Made by a program: the position numbers and the translations under genes
Notes under the pieces: generated by a model
What the model was told of the DNA's origin: nothing
Seen by the model: the letters and a program-made list of their open reading frames with translations, nothing else
The model's database searches: none
Part shown: positions 37,351 through 50,984 of the stretch, in pieces
Layout: every line of letters begins with the position of its first letter
Position numbering within the stretch: position 1 is the first letter of the stretch
Source: Octopus vulgaris
Taxonomy: Eukaryota
DNA length: 64,000 nucleotides
Assembly: GCA_951406725.2 (NCBI GenBank)
Contig: OX597839.1
Coordinates: 17,980,001 to 18,044,000, forward strand
Reading direction: 5' to 3'

Positions 37351-40005
37351 TACTAAAGAACTAGATGTTGAATTAGGAAACAGATTAAACTGACTCTCCC
37401 TTCACCCCTAGGGATGGAAGTCGAAGCTGATGGGAGTCAAACTCAAAATAGAAAAGGACATATAGACATATTAAATAACACAAAGGATTTAAGCTGTTGC
37501 TCTACCAATTTTTACAATTCATACACATGTCTATATGTGCATGTGTAGGTGTGTGTTGGTTGATACAAATATTTAAGAAACAAACATTAAAAAAAAAATC
37601 TTTCATATCTAGCGATGAGGCTGATAATTCAAAACTGAAAAAATTATCGTTATTAATGAAGATGATGCTAAAAAACACAAAATTCTGAACTGATAAACTC
37701 ACAACAAATGGAAAAAAAAAAAAAAAGAAGAAAAAGTTTGAAAATATTTCGAAAACAATTTCCTTCAACAAAAAAAAAAGGACCAATTTGCATGGAGGGT
37801 GGGGGGTTGAAGAATTTCTTTCTTTTAATCTATGAGAGATCATTCTTATAATTAATTTCATTATTATTATTATTATTTAACATTATAAAAATATAAACCA
37901 ATATTATGACTATGTTTTCTTTTGGGTTTTTTTTTGGTGTACTTTTTCTTTTGTTTTTCTTTTGTCCTTTAATTTATTAATTTTATATTTCAATAAAATA
38001 TGGACTTTTTTCCCCCTTCTGAAAAACAAATAGAGAAACCGTAATATTTGTGTGTTTCTGTGTATGAATATGTAAGAGAGAGAGAGAGAGTGCAAATGAG
38101 TATGTGTGTATATAAATGTGTGTGTAATATATACATATATTTGTAAATTTCTGTGTCTGCACATATATATGTATAACATAAGTATGTGTGTTTGCATATG
38201 TGTGTGTGTGTGTGTGTGTGTGATATATATATAATGTACATGTGTGTATATATACCTATGTATGTGTATGTATAATATATATATGTATGTGTGTGTGTAT
38301 ATAATATATATGTATGTGTGCGTATATATATATAATACATATATGTATGCATTTGTATGTTTAATGTAATATATATATATGTGTGTGTATATGTAATATA
38401 TATATGTATATAGAAGTGTGTGTATATGTATATATAATATGTATAAGTGGCAGTAGGCACTCTAGGTACATGACAAATTCATATATATATTTATATATAT
38501 ATACTCACACACACACACACATACATAAAATGATGTATGTAAATATTAGGAGTAAAAATCCCTCTGGATAGAAAAAAAAATAATCAAAGGTTGCCTATGG
38601 GAATTGGACTGACAACTTCTGTAGAAATAAGAGACATTCTATAATTCAAGTCCCACAGGTAACCTTCAACTTTTTCTATCCCAAATGTTTTTTGACCCAA
38701 CGTTATTATCTATGGCTTTACCGACATTGAGTTCAACTGTCAAAAATAAATAATATATATATACCCTGTTACTCATTTCAGCCATGTGGCTGTGGTCATG
38801 CTGGAGCACCTTTTACTTATTTCAGTCATTTGACTGGACCTGAAGGGTTTTAATCGAACAAATTGATCCTTGGACTTATATCTTAAGCCTAGTACTTATT
38901 CTATAAGTCTTTTTCGCCAAACCACTACGTTACTAGAACATAAACACACCAGCATCAATTGTCAAATGGTGATGAGTGACTGTGTGCAACAAAAGGTTAA
39001 CTGCCAATATTACCATCTCTCTCTCCATGATGAGTTTTTCCCCCATTTTCTGGTAATAAAAAAGATTGCTTTGTTTTACTTTATTTTGTTCATGTATGTA
39101 TATGTATGGTTTCTTTTTTTTTTAAACTTCAAGGTTCCTAATTAACTAACATATGAGAAGATCTGAAATGATGATTTTTTAGGGATTCAATTAAAAGAAT
39201 TTACCAAGTTGATGTTAATTTATGGCACAATTTTATGCAAAGGCCCAGTTTGTTTTCAATGCCATGATAACGCTAATCATAATACTGAAAAATTATGCTA
39301 ATTTTTATGCAAAAGTAAAAAAGATATGAAGAAAATTGTAGGACTCAATAGCAGAACAGTTAACATACATGTACACATATACACCTATATATACACACAT
39401 GTATATGTGTGCACATATTATATACATATATACACAAAAACTACGACTGTGTGTGTATGTATCTATGTATATATGTATGTGTGTGTATATAATTATATAC
39501 ATGAAAGAATGAGTTTTCAACAACATGCACGTGGCGAAAGATTTCTTTTAATGGGATTTCATAGGTTCTGCATGAATATATTTGCAGTTATTCTGTCTGA
39601 GTTTGACTAATGACTGACAACTCTGTGAATTTAACCTGCAACAGTGTGACATGAGATATTGCAAGCTTACAGATAAGACGAGATGTACAAGACCATAAAC
39701 TAGTGGCAAAGAATATTATTCTTAAACAACAATACCCTTGACAATGACTTCGAAGTTTTGGCCAGTTGGACTGCGATGAATTGAAGTTAATCTTATATTT
39801 ATATAGTCTATCTTGAATCAAAATTCTCCTTAGGTGTTTGTTTTTATGTCTACGTAATTACAATAAAAACAGATTAAAATTAAATTGAAGAATTACACAA
39901 TGCTTTTTTTTATAGTTTTAGAGTACATATTTATAGAGTACATTTACAAGAGGATTGGCAGTGAGCTCAAAGATTCAGGTTGCTAAACTTTGTCAGACCG
40001 TGGCT

Positions 40006-40053
40006 GGTAGTCTGACGAAGGCCACTGGACTGAAACTTTGAAGTCACTGTACC
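40006..40053 (+). ncRNA. Type I hammerhead-like motif, slightly decayed
   Basis: GGTAGT-CTGACGA-AGGCCACTGGACT-GAAA-CTTTGAAG-TC-ACTGTACC with a GUC cleavage triplet at 40043-40045. Confidence 0.6.
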
Positions 40054-40194
40054 CTACTTTTTTGTAAAAAAGTGTATGTTAAATGATACATAGAGATTTA
40101 TACTCATGACTTTAAGTTTCTGTATAAACAATTTGAGGATTGTTACACATCTTAAGCTGTTGCAGGCCCGGTGTGCATGGCACTATTGATTATT

Positions 40195-40555
40195 TTTATT
40201 TATTTTTTTTTTATTTTATCCAGTTTCAGCTCACGAGCTGTGGCCATGCTGGGGCACCGCCATTTGGTGTTGCTACATGATTTTGCTTCATGAATGCTTT
40301 TTAGCAATTGCCATTTGGTGCATGAGAGAGTTTGATGCAGCTGCACTTCCTGCCGTGAAGTTGGTTCATCTGGGACACCTGACAGGAAGAGATCCAGTTT
40401 TATTTTAAAGACATCTGCATCCATCCCATGCAGGTCTCTCAGGTTCTTCGGGAGGATATTGAAGAGCTGTGGGCCTCTGAAGCCCAGGCTATCACAGTAT
40501 CTTGTCCTACATCTTGATGGCAAATTTGGAGTCCTTGGCACTATGCAGTGGCGAT
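40195..40555 (-). mobile_element. CR1-group LINE 3' end (ORF2 C-terminus and 3' UTR)
   Basis: SLGFRGPQLFNILPKNLRDL..FKIKLDLFLSGVPDEP. The 3' UTR ends GGCGGTGCCCCAGCATGGCCACAGC..GCTGAAAC followed by an A-rich tail. Confidence 0.8.
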
Positions 40556-41692
40556 GTACCAGGCTTGGAACAGCTAAAACATGCAATGATCATCATAAGG
40601 ACAGAGAAACTTGAAGTTCTGAACACGAGTCTCCATAGCTGTATCATTTAATAAATACAGTCCTCTATTCCCAATGATATTGAGGTCTACCACTTTTGTA
40701 GTCGCTCATGGTTTGTCTATATATATATATATTTACACACACTCACACATGGTTCTGTGTTTGCTGCCGGCACCAAAAAGGGCTGAAAGCACAGGCAGCC
40801 ATGCCAAATCATTAGCATCCAGTCATCTCTTTTCAGAGTAAGCATACAAAGGAGAAGCATTTTGGGTAGATTGTTTCAATGTAACAACATTACTAGCATT
40901 ATATGTTTGGGGACGATACCCTGTATGTGCTTCTTATTGTTAATATTAATACGCAAGCTTGAAAAGTGTGTGAGATCTGCAGTAGTGATCGATTGCAGTA
41001 ATTGTTGTGAAGCTTATTATGTGTTTAAGTTATATTTAGGATTCTTCTATGCAACATTAGTATAGTCTGGTATATTGAATAACTGCAAATATATTTACAT
41101 GAAACCTATGGTATCAGACCACTGAATTGTAATAAAGGTGTGTGTGTGTATGTATACACAAACACACACACAAACATATATATACACACCATACACATTC
41201 ACATATACATAAACACACACACATACATGTATACATATATATACACACACATATCTATACATGCATACACATATATAAATATATAACAGATGTGTACATA
41301 CATATATGTATATATGCATACACTTACGTATGTATATATACTACACACACACACATACAAATGTACACACAAACAAACTTTCCATGTTATTTATTGAAAA
41401 CAAAAGTAGCTTAGTTGATTTATGTGTGTGCTATTGTAATAATAATAATATTAATAAAAATAATAACAATAATGAAAAATCAATAAAAAGACCAGCAACA
41501 TTTAAATCTTACTGAATTGTACATATTATAAATATTATTCTTTATTTCATACTCTTCAACCGGAAGCAAACCATTCTCAACTGTGTACCATACTGTTTTT
41601 TAACATTAAGAGCATTAGTACAGTCCAATTTTTTTGTACTGCAGACATACTGATAGATCCCAAATGGCAAGACAGACAGACAGACAGCCACA

Positions 41693-41732
<40 letters not shown>

Positions 41733-43283
41733 GTGAAAGAATATGAACAATGAATTTTCATTCAAATTATGTTACATATGTTTCAATAGCAAGGCTGTTT
41801 ATTCGTTTACAATGTATTACACAATAAGATTACATAATATGGATTACATAACCCATCTATTCAAATATTTTGAACATCAAGTGTATATGTGTGTGTTTGT
41901 GTGTCATTGAGTTTGTATTACCATTGTTTTGACATCTGCATGTTGATTGTAAATGAAAGCTTCACCATTCATATGAATGGTGTCGTTTGTTTGCAGTCCA
42001 TTGTGAAAGCATGTCCAGGCTGTTTGTTGTTTGGAAAACTGCAAGGATGGGGGATTATTCCCTTGCTTGGAGACCAGTGAGAGCTGGTATTGGGAAGAGC
42101 ACTGGACTGTAAAATATTCTGCCCCAACTAAATTTTCTAGCCCTAGGCCAACCAAACCCTAATGAGCAAATTTGGTAGATGGAAACTGAAAGATCCTCAT
42201 ACATGTGTGTGTGTATACCTTTCTATCTTCTCATCTTGATATCATGCAATAGTTGTAAGCTTGCATCACAGTCATACAGGCAATGCCAATGACTTCTAAT
42301 CTTCCTTGAAATCACGTCCAGCTATCGGGAAATATTATCACCTTTGGAGAGGAATGAAGGTTGGTGATAGGAAGAGCATCCAGCTACAGGAAATCTGTCT
42401 CAACAAATTTCGTTTGACCCATGCAAGCATTAGAGAAGAGGCCATTACAACAATGTTGGAAAGAGAAAAAAGATGAAAATATCTATAAAGTATCATTCAT
42501 TACACACACACATATACATACATAAATGCATATATATGAGAGGTATGGGGGTTCAATTCTCCATAGCTGCTTGCAGGCAGTTTTCTCCTGTCTTCTATGA
42601 GCAGACACCTAATATTTCTCAGCTGTTTTCACGGATATATTGGATTCAAAATTTACTTTCTTCTCTGTAAAATACGAACACACTCATACAATTTTTTTAT
42701 TTTATAAAATGTTCCCATATATTTAATCGTCCTCCTTTACTGTCCACTTTCCCATGCTTGCATGGGTCAAAGATTTTCTATGCCCAGAAGCCCTTCCTAT
42801 GGTCAACCAGGCGAGGTAATGCTTGAACATTCCTAGAGATATTTTTCCACCTGGAAACAAACAACCTTGCTTGTATGGTGATGATGCTCATTCACAACAT
42901 CACATGATGTCTAGACAAGAGTTTGCACGCACACACATGCACATGATTCGGTTTACCCCCAGTTTGATTCAGACACATGATGTTTATAAACCACAAAAAT
43001 GGCAAAATATCAGTATCATTCACTCCTGAATGGAATTAGGGACAGGTTGTTTCACCTGTGTATGGCTTTCAGATGTTTAACAACCGGTGTAATGAGGGAG
43101 TCATCACCACCATGCTAAACCCCAGCAAACAAGCAAAAATTACACATTGAGTGCATGCAGTTGATAATGCTTACAAAACTGGCGCTGCTTCTAATTCATA
43201 TTTGAATATATATATATATATAAAAGGAGCACTCCATCGGTTATTGAAATACAGGTACAACTCATTTTTACCAGCTGAGTGGA

Positions 43284-43318
<35 letters not shown>

Positions 43319-43414
43319 TTAATAATTAGCATGATGAAATGGTCCTTTTTTCATGCCGAATTCTACTTGGTGAAATTATTGATTACTTCTTATTTAATTA
43401 ATTTTACCCTTTGT

Positions 43415-43458
<44 letters not shown>

Positions 43459-43678
43459 ATATCTAGTACTAGGCCTTAGCCTGGCACTAGATTTGAAGAC
43501 CCTTGCCCAGGGTGCAGCACACAATTGGGAAGAAACCTTTTTAAACCATACAGTAATACCTGCAGGTACACACACATACATAAATGAATATATGTATGTA
43601 TGTATATTCTTACTATATAACTACATTGTGTGAAAATTAATTGAATGGCATTTTTTTTTTGTATTTGTCGCTTTCTAC

Positions 43679-43730
43679 AATAAAAATCAGTTGTATCTTA
43701 TTAGCAAATTATGCCTGTCTTTGTGTCTTG
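43679..43730 (+). terminator. Candidate distal polyadenylation signal
   Basis: U-rich upstream region, AATAAA at 43679-43684, then a GU-rich downstream element (TGCCTGTCTTTGTGTCTTG) about 30 nt later. Proximal AATAAA motifs also occur at 31863 and nearby. Confidence 0.3.
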
Positions 43731-43976
43731 CCATCTATCTATCAGCCCAGCCAGACACTCTCACAAACACATTTACACCCAAACACTTTAATAAGACATT
43801 TCTTATATATATATTATCAATTTGAGAAAACTTCTAATACTATCATTCCTGCTAATAATACTACTACTAATAATAATAATGATAATAATAATGATGATGA
43901 TGATGATAATATAAATAATAACAGTAATGTGATTACTGAAAAGTACAGTCACCTTTTGGACTGCTGAGAATCAGTG

Positions 43977-44023
<47 letters not shown>

Positions 44024-44411
44024 ATTATTCTCTTATTTTGTTTTTTTTAAATTGGTTTTGTTGCTTGTGTTCTATTGAAACAAATTCTTCTGTTTGAAAT
44101 AATAATAATGATAATAATAACTATTAATTTTATGAATCCAATGAAGCAGACAAAATAAAACAAAACAAAAATGAAAAAATGGAAAAATAAACCCATCACA
44201 CTGCAATGTCCATTTTTTTAAAAATTTGTTTTCTTAAGTGTGTGTGCACATGTGTGTGTATATATGGTATGTATGTATGTGTATGACATTATTCTCATTA
44301 TCAATGATATACATATGTGTGTGTGTATATATTTATCTATAGACACACACAAACATATATATATAAACACACACATAGACATATATATATACATATACGC
44401 ACACACAGAGA

Positions 44412-44458
<47 letters not shown>

Positions 44459-44462
44459 ACAT

Positions 44463-44512
<50 letters not shown>

Positions 44513-45051
44513 ACATACACACACATACATACATATATATATATATATATGTATACATACACACACATACATACATACATATATATATATATATGAAATC
44601 ATGAGGTGGTAAACAAGATCATTTCCTTCATCTTATTCCTCACAGTTTTGTTTGGCTGACATTCGTCAACCCATCAATTTTACTTATCACTAAGTCTGGA
44701 ATTAGTAAAAAAAATGTAAAATAAACTATATTTATATACATATAAACACACACACATACACGCATGCAAATATAGATATACACACATATAATACATGTTG
44801 CTTTGTGTCAAACAAATGAGAAAGGAGTGCTCAATATATGTTGTAGAGGAGAGGTTTTCAACCATGGGCAGTATAGCCTGAGTGGGTGCTGGGCATGTCA
44901 AGGGCTTTAGAAGATGGTGAGGTAACATAATTAACAAACAAAATCTTACCTGTAGTAGTAATTATATTATACATAGTAAAACTAGTAACAGTTATTAATA
45001 TAAAATGGGAGCTAAGTATATACCATTGATAGAGACATGTTTGACCAAGAG

Positions 45052-45425
45052 TTTTTTACTTGTTTCAGTCATTTGACTGCAGCCATGCTGGGGCAGTCCT
45101 TTGAGAAATTTTAGCTGAGCCAATCGACCCCAGTACTTAGTTTTTTTAAGACTTGTACTTATTCTATCGGTCACTTTTGCCAAACTGCTAAGTTACAGGG
45201 ACATAAACTAACACTGATTGTCAAGCGGTGCTGGAAAGGACAAACACATACACACACACACACACACATATGACGGGCTTCTTCCAGGTTCTGTCAACCA
45301 AATCTACTCACAAGTCTTTGGTTGGTCTGAAGCTTTAGTAGAAGACACTTGCCTAAAGTGCAATGTGGTGGCACTGAACTCGGAGCCAAGTGGTTGAGAA
45401 GCAAACGTCTTTCCACACAGCCACT
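45052..45425 (-). mobile_element. tRNA-derived SINE, family A
   Basis: Reverse complement of the consensus. Confidence 0.85.
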
Positions 45426-46735
45426 GATTTTTTTTTTAATGTTATGTTTCTGTCCTGAACAGTATTTTTTAGGAATATATTCTTGCTTGTTTTCTTCATA
45501 TACTGTGATCTCCATCTAAGTAAAATTTATAAATTATCATCCATGACCGAGAGGGATTAGTCACGATACCTCTCTCACCACATAGGTGGGCACTAGGCAT
45601 AACAACTACTTCAAAGGGGCAGGGTGTTACCAAAAAAAAAAAATGGGTTAAGAATTACTGTTCTAGAGGATATGGGTTTTTTTTTTTTATTGAAATGGAG
45701 CTTGTCTCTTGACATTAGTTTCCTGCTACTATGATCATCAGACAAAACTGTTACAACTCAATGTTGGTCACGTGTGTGTGTGTGTGTGTGTGTGCATATG
45801 TTCACAAACACTACACTACACTAACACACCCATATATAAATTGAATAAGCCACTATACAGTAACTTAGAATTTCCCACAATGCATTCATTTAGGGATTTT
45901 GTGGGGAGTGAACACCCATTGGAAAGCAAAATGATGGGTGAATGTGTTACTTGTTCCTGATTGTCCCTCTTTAATACAGAAGGCAAACCAATGAGGAGTA
46001 GTAATGATTCTATCTCTCATCTTGTTTCTCAGAAGTTTAGCCACACAAGACAATAAACCTGAACAAATGCATTGCCCAAAACTCTCAGTAGCTACAGGAT
46101 GAACTCTACAACATCTGTGGAGTACTATTTTTCTTGTTTTCAGTTTTTTATACACATGTATGTAGTGTATATATATATATGTGTGCACTACATCAGTTAC
46201 AGACATCATATCATACCTTGATACAGTGTAGACAGAGATCCCCTGTTGACACACCACTGATATTAAATGCTAAATACTTTTAATATGCAAATTAGTCACA
46301 CCGGGTTCTTGGAAGCCACTCTAATTGTTGAGTAAATAAACAGATTTGCTGCTTGTCTCTCTGGGATTTGTCAAAGTGATGTAAACACCTCTGATGTGAA
46401 CTCAATAAAGTTAAAAAAATCAATTAACACTAATCATAATTTTTTTTTTTCAATCTACGGAGAATAACTTAATTTGCCTTGTCTGTATATCTACAACACA
46501 GGTTACATACACACACACACAAACATATATATATACATACATACACACACAGATAGACAGACACACACACATATATATATATACATATACACACAATGGG
46601 TAAGCACATAAATGCAAAACAAGGTAGAGAAAATAGTACTTGAATACTTGATCACAAGTGTCCAGCAAACAGAAACGTGAAACTCTGAGTTAACAGATTT
46701 TGTGATACTTTTGAAACTTTAATAAAAAAAAAGAC

Positions 46736-46769
<34 letters not shown>

Positions 46770-47100
46770 AAGTAGAAGAAATAGCTAAGGTTTTTGGCTG
46801 CTATTTCTAAACTTCGGTATGTGGTAAAGCAAATCTTTGCTGAACCCTAATTATTAAATATAAATATATATATATATATACACATATATATGTATATATA
46901 TAAAGGAGCACTCTGTTGGTTACGACGACGAGGGTCCCAGCTGATACGATCCACAGAACAGCTTGCTCATGAAATTAACGTGTGCAAGTGGCTGAGTACT
47001 CCATGAACACATGCACCCTTAAAGTAGTTTTCAGGGAAATTCAGCATAACACACAGTGTGACAAGGCTGGCCCTTTGAAATAAAGGTATATATTTAAAAA

Positions 47101-47141
<41 letters not shown>

Positions 47142-47255
47142 CCGATTCAGAATGTAAAGAATGAATTTAGCAAATCTTAATTATTAGTTATAATTGTTTC
47201 AGTATCGCTCAATTTCTAATGACAGTGCACATAATTTCCTGTAAAATGTTACACA

Positions 47256-47287
<32 letters not shown>

Positions 47288-47321
47288 CCATGAGTAAGTA
47301 TTTCATTTATGTCTTACGCAT

Positions 47322-47382
47322 TTATCGCTGACGAGGAGAAAATTCTTATGAATTAACTCTGAAATCGGGACCAATACGGTAA
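47322..47382 (+). ncRNA. Type I hammerhead-like motif within a ~105-bp insert in (TA)n
   Basis: TTATCG-CTGACGA-GGAG aa AATTC TTAT GAATT aa CTCT-GAAA-TCGGGACCAA-TA-CGGTAA. Has a 6-bp stem I, an extended stem II and an AUA triplet. Confidence 0.6.
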
Positions 47383-47384
47383 TA

Positions 47385-47420
<36 letters not shown>

Positions 47421-48744
47421 GCAAAGAATGGAGAATTAGACATCTTTGATCAACTTATGCTTGTTCTGGATAGAGGGGTAAATTACATAATTCTAAGATG
47501 TAATCAATATAGCCTACATGAATTACAAGAATACACACACACACACACATACAAGATAAAAGTGGAAGTCAAACTGTTTATAACTGTGAGGGAGAAGAAT
47601 GTACGAGTTGCTTTTTTTTAATTGTTATTCTTTCAGTTATTATTTTTATTATTATTATTATTATTATTAATTATTATTAAAATGGTGAAATGATGTATAC
47701 ATTTTTATATTTTACAACTCTTCTTTTTTCTCACAAACTGCAAAGTTGCTGTTTATTTGTATACCATTATTATTATTATTATTATCATTATTACTGTTAT
47801 TATTAATATTATTATCAATATTACTTCTTAACTCAGGACATTTGGTCTTTTAAAGATCTCATTGTAAAACTTTGGGGACATTTATGTGGGGTCGGGTGGA
47901 GGGTATTCAAAGAGGCAGAGAGATAGAGAAAAAAAGAGAGAAAAAATGGAAAAGAATGTTTGAGTGTATGTAAGTTTATGTGTGCGCATATGCTTGTGTG
48001 TGTGTGTATGTGTGAGAGAAAGAGAGAGAGTATGCTTTTGTGTGTATGAAGGAGAAGAAAAATAATAGAAAGATGACAAGAATGAGAGAGGGAGAGAGAG
48101 TGAGAGATGTGTGATGCGTTTAGTTTAATGTTGTGCCATTGGAAGCGTGAGCATTGCTGAAAGAATAAAAATTTAGTGTTTAGAAGTGTGCAATTGTAGA
48201 TTTGTAAGGTGATTACAAAAAAAAAAGAAAAGAAAATACTATAAAAAAAGAAAAACAATGTATGTAAAATGGAAAAAAAAAGATGATGCTGATGCTAATG
48301 ATGATGATAATAAACGAATTGATCAAAATGAAAACCAGATACATTTGGCATGTTTTCTGTCTATATCTTCAGATGTCTTTATTGGATCATTCCATCCCCC
48401 AAGTTCAAATCCTTCAACTTTACTATTCCCTTCCAGAGTTAATAAGCACAGAAACCAACCAAAAGAGTGGATTGGTATCAAACCAGATACCTTTTGGTGG
48501 ATCTTTGTAATCTAAGTCCGAATTCACTTCCAGTGCAGCACCAGTCGAAGTAAGTAAGCTGGCACACACACACACACACACACCAAATTCTGATATAATT
48601 ATAATCTACATCATTTGAAATATATTTGTTGAAAATTTTCAAGGTTTGTGAATTATCTGAAATTTCTCTCCATCCTCAAAACAAATTCTGTTATAACCGT
48701 TATCGATACCATCTAAAACTTATCCCTGGAAAATTTAATTACAA

Positions 48745-48940
48745 AATATTCAAAACTAAACTGGATCTCCTCCTGTCAAGAGTTCTGGACGAACCTACAT
48801 CACAGCAGGAAACGCAAATGAAGGCAGCAACATCAAACTCTCTCATTCACCAAACTCCGCATATCAGAGGTTTCAAATCATAGAAGTGTAGCAATGCAAA
48901 CATTGATGCCCCAGCCTGGCTGCAGCTCTCAAGTTGAAAC
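48745..48940 (+). mobile_element. CR1-group LINE 3' end (same family as 40195)
   Basis: FKTKLDLLLSRVLDEPTSQQETQMKAATSNSL, then the GCCCCAGCCTGGCTGCAGC..TGAAAC tail. Confidence 0.75.
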
Positions 48941-48941
48941 T

Positions 48942-49329
48942 CTTTACTCTTTACTTGTTTCAGTCATTTGATTGTGGCCATGCTGGAGCACTGCCTTTAG
49001 TCGAGCAAATCGACTCCAGGATTTATTCTTTGTAAGCCTAGTACTTACTCTATCGGTCTCTTTTGTCGAACCACTAAGTTACGGGGACATAAACACACCA
49101 CCATCGGTTGTCAAGTGATGTTGGTGGGACAAACACAGACGCACAAACACACATATACATACATACGATGGGCTTCTTTCAGTTTCCGTCTACCAAATCC
49201 ACTCACAAGGCTTTGGTCGGCCCGAGGCTACAGTAGAAGGCACTTGCCCAAGGTGCCACACAGTGGGACTGAACCCGGAACCATGTGGTTGGTAAGCAAG
49301 CTACTTACCACACAACCACTCCTGCGCCT
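48942..49329 (-). mobile_element. tRNA-derived SINE, family A, full length
   Basis: Near-consensus reverse complement, tail-to-tail with the CR1 fragment. Confidence 0.9.
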
Positions 49330-50316
49330 ATAGAAAACTAGTAAATGAATAAAAGGAATAAGGAAAAATTTTCAGAAAGTTATGAGGTAACAGTGTCAAA
49401 TGGGTGGGATAATGCATATCTGTAATTATGCCAGATATGTAACCAAATACCATAAAATATTTTGTCTGATTGTCTACCAATTCTGTCATCCACTACATCA
49501 TTCTGTTCTTTTTTTGATCAATTTCAGTCATATACATTAAGTGTATATAGTTGATAATACCAACTACTGTACTTATTCTTATCAACCTCACAAGGATGAA
49601 ACGCTAAGTTGACCTGGACGTAAACTGAAGCAAAATTAACGAAAACAAAAGAAAAGCTGTAAAGTAAAATAAAAAAAAAAAACATGGAATATTTTTGGAA
49701 CACCAATTAGAAATCTTTGATAATTAATGTCTTTAATCATATCTTAATTGAAATCGAAGAAATAAAAGAAAAAATGGCAAAAGATGCTTCTTGAAATTGC
49801 TGCCCCAATTTGAACTAATTTTAGACATTCCTTCTGCACTTTATCTCTCTCTATCTCTCCTTTTCTCTCTTACTCCCTCTCTTTCTCTCTCTCCCTTTCT
49901 ATCTCTCACACATACACACAAGAGAGGGTACGTAGCTTGGAAACCAAGGATTCTCTCAAGGTTAAGCCACTGCTTCTCGGCATTGAGAAGTCACAGCTCT
50001 TTTACAACAGACATGTGATTAGAATGTCACAAGAAATGATTGCTAAATGGATTCTTGAGAGCCAACCAGTTGGAGACCAAGGAGAAGACCTAATATAAGA
50101 TGGTTGAATAATATCCACTAAGCATTTTGTCCAGTGTGCCAATGATTCTACCAGCTCACAGCCTTAATAATCATAATAATAATAATCCAATATAAACTGA
50201 TGGCTAACTGAGTTGTAAAAGTTAGACAGAAAAACCAGGGAACCACTGATAACATACCAAAACACAGAGGCTGAATATACCATATAATCTCTAGTTATTC
50301 AATCCTTGCTAAATCT

Positions 50317-50350
<34 letters not shown>

Positions 50351-50451
50351 GCATGATTGTGTTGGCAGCAATATCCACATGGCAATATGCTAATACTTAA
50401 ATGTGAAAATAAATAAGAAATGGAATAGCTGTATACTGAACCTGATAATAA

Positions 50452-50707
50452 TAAAATAAATGTGTCCTTTTAAAGCCTAGCCAGGCTCATGGGCCCGGTT
50501 TCCCAGTTTCTATGGCGTATGTGTTCCCCAGCTGGATGGGACGCCAGTCCATTGCAGTGTTACTCATTTTTGCTAGCTGAGTGGACTGGAGCAACGTGAA
50601 ATGAAGTGTTTTGCTCAAGAATACAACGCGTCACCCGGTCCAGGAATCAAAACCACAATCTTACGATCATGATGCTGACACCCTAACCACTAAGCCACGT
50701 ACCTCCA
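50452..50707 (-). mobile_element. tRNA-derived SINE, family C, full length
   Basis: Minus strand GTGGCTTAGTGGTTAGGG A-box, GGTTTTGATTCC B-box and GACTGGCGTCCCATCCAG block. ACACTGAACCTGATA / ATACTGAACCTGATA flanks suggest a TSD. Confidence 0.85.
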
Positions 50708-50984
50708 CACTGAACCTGATACATGAGAACAACCTGGCCCAGAATCTGAAATATGCCCATCCAAACTGAGAAAGGAATATTGGCTTCAAATTTTGGCACA
50801 AGGCCAGCAGTTTTGGGAGAGGGGGTAAGTCAATTGCATTGACCCCACTGGTACTTATTTTATCAACCCCGAAAGGATGGAAAGTAAAGTCAACTTCAGC
50901 AGAATTTGAACTCAGAATGTAAAGACAGGCAAAATGCCACTAAGTATTTTTCCCAGTGTGCTTAATGTTCCTGCCAGAAATATT

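Noticed and set aside
45886-46257. 123-aa minus-strand ORF
   Set aside because: No recognisable motif or clear splice boundaries, and it partly overlaps simple repeat.
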